Virus record (IMG/VR): IMGVR_UViG_3300045988_098312
Location: 1 to 18,143 of that record
DNA: 18,143 bases
DNA from: a virus
Direction: 5' to 3' (one strand)
Below are positions 13,270 to 18,143 of this stretch, piece after piece. Position 1 is the first letter of the stretch, and every line of letters starts with the position of its first letter. The notes beneath the pieces were generated by a model. That model was not told the origin of the DNA. It made no database searches and saw only the letters and a list, made by a program, of their open reading frames with translations. Made by a program: the position numbers and the translations under genes.

Positions 13270-14208
13270 ATGGATTTATTGAATGACACAAGTTCGTTTA
13301 CAGACTACTGTAGGAATGCTGTGGATGTTGCTACTATGAACAATGGAGAAGCCGACTTTATATATTACACATATTTACAAATGTTAAGCTTAAATATGTT
13401 TAAATATAAAGGTTTACCCGAATCCATTAACACGTTCTATTTAGAATATGTTTTACAAACACGTGGTTACATTGGTTTTTATGATGATGAAAGATTAGGT
13501 TTAATCTGTAGTGAGATCACATTAGGCGGTCGGTTAAACCACTATCAAATGCCTACAGATTATCATACAGTATCAACAAGCCCACTTATAAAGAAGAACT
13601 TAACAAGTGACGAGTGCGTAGTTATGAAAAACAGTCCTTTGTATGTTGGTATTTTTCCTTACTTAAACTTTTTTGCTAAGAAATTAGCGTTAACAAGTAG
13701 AACGATGGATCAAAACTTAACAATGCAATGGACACCATACATTATTACAGGCGATAGACGAATGTTACAACAATTTAAAGTGTTCATGAAAAAGATTTTA
13801 CAAGGTGTACAAACGATATTTACCTCAAAAGGTTTTAGAATGGAAGACGTTAATGTACTACAAACGAATGCCCCTTTTATTGCCGACGAATTGCACGGCA
13901 TGAAACAAGCGATCTTGCGTGAATGTATGACTCTATTAGGAATTGAAAACGCTAATATGGACAAAAAAGAAAGATTAGTTAGTGATGAAGTAAACGCCAA
14001 TAACCAACAGGTTATTGCGTCTCGTAATATTTGGCTAAGTGAGCGTAAAAAAGCGATTGAAGAATTAAATAAGAAATTTAATTTAAATGCTAGTGTTGAG
14101 TTTGCGCCATATGAAGATTTTGAGGAAATCTTAAAATTAATTGAGTTAGACGGTAGTACAAGCCTTACAGATTTTAAAGATGACCTAACTATTAAAGAAG
14201 GTGATTAG
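13270..14208 (+). CDS. Portal (head-tail connector / upper collar), phi29 gp10-like
   Basis: At 312 aa it is close to phi29 gp10 in size. ..MTLLGIENANMDKKERLVSDEVNANNQQV.. matches remembered gp10 ..[29 protein letters not shown]... The N-terminal ..GLPESIN..LE..L...GYIGFY.. is also conserved. Confidence 0.9.
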   Translation: MDLLNDTSSFTDYCRNAVDVATMNNGEADFIYYTYLQMLSLNMFKYKGLPESINTFYLEYVLQTRGYIGFYDDERLGLICSEITLGGRLNHYQMPTDYHTVSTSPLIKKNLTSDECVVMKNSPLYVGIFPYLNFFAKKLALTSRTMDQNLTMQWTPYIITGDRRMLQQFKVFMKKILQGVQTIFTSKGFRMEDVNVLQTNAPFIADELHGMKQAILRECMTLLGIENANMDKKERLVSDEVNANNQQVIASRNIWLSERKKAIEELNKKFNLNASVEFAPYEDFEEILKLIELDGSTSLTDFKDDLTIKEGD

Positions 14209-14209
14209 T

Positions 14210-14929
14210 ATGATCAAAAAATTAAAAGTACCTAATTATTTGTTAACTTTACAAAGTCCGGTGCTTGCTGAAAACACCGAGACTATTTGCGGAGTCTGTC
14301 ACAATTTGGCATTTACGGAGTTAATCGATGCTCAATATGAATTAAGCGATATGGAAGTGCTAGAAATCGCGCGTAAAAAGATTTTTGATTTTAATTATTC
14401 ATTTTATGACGACCCCGAAAGACGCAAGGCATTAGAAACGGGAATTTTAAAACACTTTTGGTTTGACGAAATAGGACAAGAAACATATGCGTATTGGAAA
14501 TTTGAGCTTCAACATTGGTTTGAAATCAATATGGATAGATATTACACGTTATTTAAAACTATCCCTTTTCAAGACCAAGACGACCCAACCGCAAACACGA
14601 ACTACACGGAAACTTATACACGTGACAGTCGAGGAAACACACAGGCTAGCGGAGAAGATACGAGTATTGCTTTACAGTCTGTAACTCCGGAGGGGCGTGT
14701 GGATATTGAAACAAACGACTATGTTAATAATATCGCTAAGACAATTACCAAACCAAAAAGCGCAAATGATACAACAGGGCATGAAGAATACAGCTTTAAG
14801 CGTAAAGGTAATATTGGTATCCAAACACTAGCGGAAGTATTACAAGGTTCACGTCGTGCGGTCATTACAATTGAAAATGAACTATACGCGGAACTACAGG
14901 AATATGGATTATTTTTCAATATTTTCTAG
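14210..14929 (+). CDS. Lower collar protein (phi29 gp11 analogue)
   Basis: ATG 14210 follows AAGAAGGTGA and lies just after the portal stop. The call rests on position immediately downstream of the portal and on size. No specific motif was recalled. Confidence 0.6.
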   Translation: MIKKLKVPNYLLTLQSPVLAENTETICGVCHNLAFTELIDAQYELSDMEVLEIARKKIFDFNYSFYDDPERRKALETGILKHFWFDEIGQETYAYWKFELQHWFEINMDRYYTLFKTIPFQDQDDPTANTNYTETYTRDSRGNTQASGEDTSIALQSVTPEGRVDIETNDYVNNIAKTITKPKSANDTTGHEEYSFKRKGNIGIQTLAEVLQGSRRAVITIENELYAELQEYGLFFNIF

Positions 14930-14941
14930 GAGGTAAAGAAA

Positions 14942-15667
14942 ATGAATATTAATGTAAATAAATATTATGATTATAGGCGGAAAGTTTTAGGAACATATGT
15001 AGATCGTGATCATGTTTACGGTTCTCAGTGTTGGGATTTGTATTTTGATTGGTGCGAAAAAAATGGATTTAAGGGTGCTAATTGTACATCTAGCGGATAT
15101 GTTAAAGATATTTGGTTAAACCGACAAACAAATGGAATGAACTATAATTGTCTTGAAATTACAGAGCTACAACCGGGTGCAATTGTTGTTTTTAAAGAAG
15201 TACCAAATATTACACCTTTAAGTCATGTTGCTATTTTCGATAGTGATATTAATGGTGTATATGGTCGCTTTTTAGGTGCTAATCAAGGTGGTAAGAATGG
15301 TTTAGTTAATATCGTTACACTTCCGTATTCAGCTACATTCGACACCGCATTTATGCCTAAAGCTATGATTTTAAATGATGAAAAAAGTGAAAAGGTATTA
15401 AATGAAATTCCAAGAGATTTTATTAGAGAATACGGAACTTTCTACCCAAATTGCACAATTAAAATTAGAGAAGCCCCAAGCCAAAGAGGAAATGACACAG
15501 GTTTATATTACACGAATGGTATGAGTGTACGATATGATGGTTATGTTAAACGTGATGGCTATGTGTGGATTAGTTGGATTGGCAGTAGTGGTAAACGTCG
15601 CTGGATGGCTGGCGGTGAGTTAAACTCAAAAGGTATTAATTACTTGCCATATGGAGTATTCAAATGA
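14942..15667 (+). CDS. Endolysin: N-terminal CHAP domain plus C-terminal SH3b-type cell-wall-binding domain
   Basis: SD AGGAGG. The CHAP catalytic context is ..YGSQCWDL.. (Cys) and ..LSHVAIF.. (His). The C-terminal ..IREAPS..G..YDGYVKRDGYVWISWIGSSGKRRWMAGGE.. is SH3_5-like. No signal peptide is present. Confidence 0.85.
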   Translation: MNINVNKYYDYRRKVLGTYVDRDHVYGSQCWDLYFDWCEKNGFKGANCTSSGYVKDIWLNRQTNGMNYNCLEITELQPGAIVVFKEVPNITPLSHVAIFDSDINGVYGRFLGANQGGKNGLVNIVTLPYSATFDTAFMPKAMILNDEKSEKVLNEIPRDFIREYGTFYPNCTIKIREAPSQRGNDTGLYYTNGMSVRYDGYVKRDGYVWISWIGSSGKRRWMAGGELNSKGINYLPYGVFK

Positions 15668-16680
15668 CAAAGTCAATTGATTGGTACAGTCCAACTAATA
15701 TAAAATCATATAACAAATTTTTAAATTTCATCATTGGCGGTCGTGGTATCGGTAAAACATATGGATTCAAAAAAGACTGTATCAGTCGATACAAGAAAAA
15801 AGGAAAACAATTTCTTTATTTGAGAAGATACAAAACGGACCTTAAAAAGATAAAAACATTTTTAAATGACCAGTTTGAAAATTTCAAAGATGATGAATTT
15901 AAAATTACAGGTGGTAGCAACTTTACCACCTTTTATATCAATGGTTGCGAAATGGGATACGCCACATCTTTAACAGCATTCGCAAGTTTAAAATCAACAA
16001 GTTATGTTGACATCGACACAATCATTGTTGACGAGTTTATACCGGAAAAAGCCGGGTTCAATGCATATATCCCGAATGAAGTTGAAATATTATTAAATAT
16101 CATTGACTCTATATTTAGACAAAGAGAAGGACATGTATATTTACTAGCTAATAACGCAAGTATCGTTAACCCTTATTTTAGTTATTTTGGTATAACACCC
16201 GACCAGAACAAAGAATTTAATACATTTAAAGGTAGTGAATCAGTCGAGCAAATTGTTGTCCAAATATGCCACAATGAATATAAAAAAGGAAATCAAGAAA
16301 AATCGAAATTCCATAAATTAATCTCCGGAACTACGTACGGAGAATATAACGCTGGTAAGTTTGCATATGATACAAATGACTTTATCAAAAAGAAAACGAA
16401 TGTTTGTGATTATTTATGTACACTATACTATGATGATATTTACTATGGTGTTTGGATAGATATGAACACGGGTTATGTGTATATCAACCAACAGATAAAC
16501 AAGGAATACGGATATTGTTATTCCATTGGCAGTAATAACCGTGAAAATATGATGATTGCTAAACTATGGCGTAAAGACCAAAGACTAAACATGTTAATAC
16601 GATCATACCGAGACGGTTGCGTGTACTACAACAACCAAGAAACAAAACGATTATTAAGTTATATATTGAGTAAATATTAA
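15664..16680 (+). CDS. DNA encapsidation (packaging) ATPase, phi29 gp16-like
   Basis: ATGA overlap with the endolysin stop. Walker A is GGRGIGKT and Walker B is IIVDEF. ..YNKFLNFIIGGRGIGKTY..FLYLRRYK..YIPNEV..LLNIIDSIFR..NPYF.. parallels remembered phi29 gp16 almost block for block. Confidence 0.92.
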   Translation: MTKSIDWYSPTNIKSYNKFLNFIIGGRGIGKTYGFKKDCISRYKKKGKQFLYLRRYKTDLKKIKTFLNDQFENFKDDEFKITGGSNFTTFYINGCEMGYATSLTAFASLKSTSYVDIDTIIVDEFIPEKAGFNAYIPNEVEILLNIIDSIFRQREGHVYLLANNASIVNPYFSYFGITPDQNKEFNTFKGSESVEQIVVQICHNEYKKGNQEKSKFHKLISGTTYGEYNAGKFAYDTNDFIKKKTNVCDYLCTLYYDDIYYGVWIDMNTGYVYINQQINKEYGYCYSIGSNNRENMMIAKLWRKDQRLNMLIRSYRDGCVYYNNQETKRLLSYILSKY

Positions 16681-16683
16681 AAT

Positions 16684-16713
16684 AAAGAGTGCCATTAATG
16701 CACTCTTTTAAGT
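16684..16713. terminator. Hairpin terminator between the convergent late and right-early operons (probably bidirectional)
   Basis: AAAGAGTGC (16684-16692) pairs with GCACTCTTT (16700-16708) around a 7-nt loop. It is A-rich upstream and T-rich downstream, so it is usable from either direction. Confidence 0.7.
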
Positions 16714-16893
16714 TTAATATTTTAAATTATACTTGCCTACTGTATATAAATAATACGTATGTTTATCACCATACTTTTTATAATACTTGTTATATACATC
16801 TTGAACAACTTTATAGTCTGTAGAATGTACTACAATCAAGTCGTCAAATGTGAAATAAAATTCCAAGCTAATAGGCGTATCAACCAATAACAT
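16714..16893 (-). CDS. Possible 59-aa right-early protein (not in the ORF track)
   Basis: The minus-strand ATG is the complement of 16891-16893, and the TAA is the complement of 16714-16716. The translation is MLLVDTPISLEFYFTFDDLIVVHSTDYKVVQDVYNKYYKKYGDKHTYYLYTVGKYNLKY*. It ends right at the bidirectional terminator. The SD (GGTG) is weak. Confidence 0.35.
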   Translation of the reverse strand: MLLVDTPISLEFYFTFDDLIVVHSTDYKVVQDVYNKYYKKYGDKHTYYLYTVGKYNLKY

Positions 16894-16980
16894 TACTTAT
16901 AACACCGACTTTCTGTTAGATCATGTCATTGTATAATAACAAAACAATAACAAATAAAACATACAAACAAAATAGCGAAG

Positions 16981-17256
16981 TCATATAATTTGTTTTGTAA
17001 AAAAGCTTACAATCTCAAACGCAAACATTTTATTGCGATCTTCTGTATCACAATAAGCTTGCATAGTCATATAATCTAAAACAGCATGGTCAACATCGTT
17101 AACCTTAATATTTTCTAATATAGTCCTATGTCTATTAAACGGATGATACAAATTTAGATCAATATTACAAGTATCATTCTCATTGTATGAAATTTCATAT
17201 TTGACAACCTTAACATCATTATAAAGTAAAAATGTGACTTTACTGTGTAACGCCAT
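16981..17256 (-). CDS. Right-early protein, unknown function (about 91 aa)
   Basis: The ATG at 17256 follows TAGGTG. The GTG 17265 of the track directly abuts the previous stop. No motif recognised. Confidence 0.65.
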   Translation of the reverse strand: MALHSKVTFLLYNDVKVVKYEISYNENDTCNIDLNLYHPFNRHRTILENIKVNDVDHAVLDYMTMQAYCDTEDRNKMFAFEIVSFFTKQII

Positions 17257-17265
17257 AACTAACAC

Positions 17266-17475
17266 CTACCAATTCTCACTATACATAGAAACGAATGTAT
17301 TATTAATGTACTCATGTCTTCTAACACTTACGAGCAATAAATAATATTGCCTGTAACTAATCAGACCTTGATTATAATAGGAATGAATAAGATTTTCACG
17401 CTCGATGTCACTTGTAACACCGAGCGTTCTATTTAATTCGGAACATAAACGATTCAAACTAGTATAATTACTCAT
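17266..17475 (-). CDS. Right-early protein, unknown function (69 aa)
   Basis: The ATG follows AAGAAGGG, which lies within the end of the upstream gene. It is tightly packed in the operon. Confidence 0.65.
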   Translation of the reverse strand: MSNYTSLNRLCSELNRTLGVTSDIERENLIHSYYNQGLISYRQYYLLLVSVRRHEYINNTFVSMYSENW

Positions 17476-17478
17476 ACG

Positions 17479-17721
17479 TTAACCCTTCTTTACAATTCTA
17501 CAAACTTCTCTAAGGTTGTAAGTAATCAACTCATTCAGTTCAAGATAAGCCTCAAAATCTATCTCTTTATCATTATAGATATCTTCAATTGTTTCAATAC
17601 AATCAATATTATAATTAGATAAAGATTTTAATAGATTTGGCAACTCATGTAATCCATTAATCTCTTTCAAAACACTATCGTATGCGTTTTGAATACACTC
17701 TTTATACTTTTCTTTAGTCAT
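17479..17721 (-). CDS. Right-early acidic protein, unknown function (80 aa)
   Basis: The ATG at 17721 lies 9 nt after GGAGGT, just downstream of the stop of the first right-end gene. The longer 131-aa version in the track would overlap that gene and lacks an SD. I counted 16 D/E against 10 K/R. Confidence 0.7.
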   Translation of the reverse strand: MTKEKYKECIQNAYDSVLKEINGLHELPNLLKSLSNYNIDCIETIEDIYNDKEIDFEAYLELNELITYNLREVCRIVKKG

Positions 17722-17740
17722 GTTAGTTGTTACCTCCATT

Positions 17741-18016
17741 CTATAATGACTCTTGTAGCAATTTATAAAAACACTCATCATATGCAAAATACAACATTTC
17801 TTTACATTGTGACACTTTTTCGAATATAACCATTCTATCACCTGCCGAATCAAACAAAACATAACACATCTCAAAAATCATTTCAAACCTACCATGAAAA
17901 TCAGTGTTTACTAAGTTCAACTTATTAATGCTACGACATTCTATAAGCGTATTACAACCGGTAATTGAAATCCTTGTCATCTTGTCTAAAACTCTTCTTA
18001 ATTGTTTTCTAGTCAT
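17741..18016 (-). CDS. First right-early protein, unknown function (91 aa)
   Basis: The ATG at 18016 lies 8 nt after the ITR-borne SD GAAGGAGGG, the same spacing as the left-end gene. The ATG 18022 of the track lies only 2 nt from the SD. Confidence 0.7.
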   Translation of the reverse strand: MTRKQLRRVLDKMTRISITGCNTLIECRSINKLNLVNTDFHGRFEMIFEMCYVLFDSAGDRMVIFEKVSQCKEMLYFAYDECFYKLLQESL

Positions 18017-18024
18017 TATCATGA

Positions 18025-18143
18025 CCCTCCTTCTTTGTACCCTAATTATAGCACAGCTATTCTAGAATACAAGTGTTTTTGTAATTTCACATAATCCACT
18101 ACGTGCCCGTGTGGGTCATTGTTTCACGTGGAACATTGTGATG
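18025..18143. repeat. Right inverted terminal repeat (119 bp, perfect)
   Basis: Exact reverse complement of 1-119. Confidence 0.97.
18045..18072 (-). promoter_or_regulatory. Early promoter inside the right ITR (identical copy)
   Basis: Mirror copy of 72-99 on the minus strand. It drives the leftward small-gene operon 18016 to 16714. Confidence 0.7.

Noticed and set aside
16925-16940. A plus-strand TTGTATAAT in the right-early region as an antisense promoter.
   Set aside because: There is no acceptable -35, and the TG is not at the extended -10 spacing. It would produce only antisense RNA with no downstream feature.
17479-17874. The long 131-aa version of the second right-end gene, and likewise the N-terminally extended track starts at 7222, 9539, 11012, 14201, 1763 and 18022.
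   Set aside because: The extended starts are GTG, TTG or ATG codons lying inside or immediately next to the Shine-Dalgarno sequence. In the 17874 case the extension overlaps the preceding gene by 130 nt. An internal ATG with a correctly spaced GGAGG-type SD exists in every case.
1-18143. A search for lysogeny genes, tRNAs, CRISPR arrays, IS elements or inserted defence cassettes.
   Set aside because: None was seen. All substantial ORFs are accounted for by the phi29-type gene set or by small early orphans, and the only long repeats are the ITRs and the in-frame repeats in the appendage gene.

Overview
The window is bounded by a perfect 119-bp inverted terminal repeat: 1-119 is the exact reverse complement of 18025-18143, checked base by base. 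It carries a full phi29-type gene set. These are an SSB, a terminal protein, a protein-primed family-B DNA polymerase, scaffold, BIG2-tailed major capsid, holin, beta-helix appendage, two-domain tail lysin, tail knob, portal, lower collar, CHAP-SH3 endolysin and a gp16-type packaging ATPase. It therefore reads as a complete 18.1-kb linear genome of a virulent phi29-like (picovirus-type) podophage. The AT-rich sequence, extended GGAGGTGAT Shine-Dalgarno sites and CHAP/SH3b lysin point to a low-GC Gram-positive host, which cannot be named from sequence alone. I saw no integrase or repressor module, tRNA or CRISPR. Transcription has three blocks. A left early operon runs inward from a promoter inside the left ITR (128 to about 5368, + strand). 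A late structural, lysis and packaging operon runs from a promoter at 5371 to 16680 (+ strand). A short right early operon runs inward from the identical promoter in the right ITR (18016 down to 16714, - strand). The points most worth follow-up are listed here. (1) A promoter-to-terminator, apparently non-coding unit of about 150 nt sits between the early and late operons, in the position syntenic with the phi29 pRNA gene. (2) The ITRs carry a complete promoter plus Shine-Dalgarno site, so both first early genes start exactly 128 nt from their genome end. (3) The termini read CATCAC..., unlike the phi29 AAA type. (4) A second possible short RNA with an exposed CCCUCCUU anti-SD motif lies downstream of the capsid gene. 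(5) A small RHH-like protein is encoded at the early/late junction. (6) Strong intrinsic terminators lie inside both operons. All product calls rest on motifs and remembered similarity to phi29 proteins; no database search was run.
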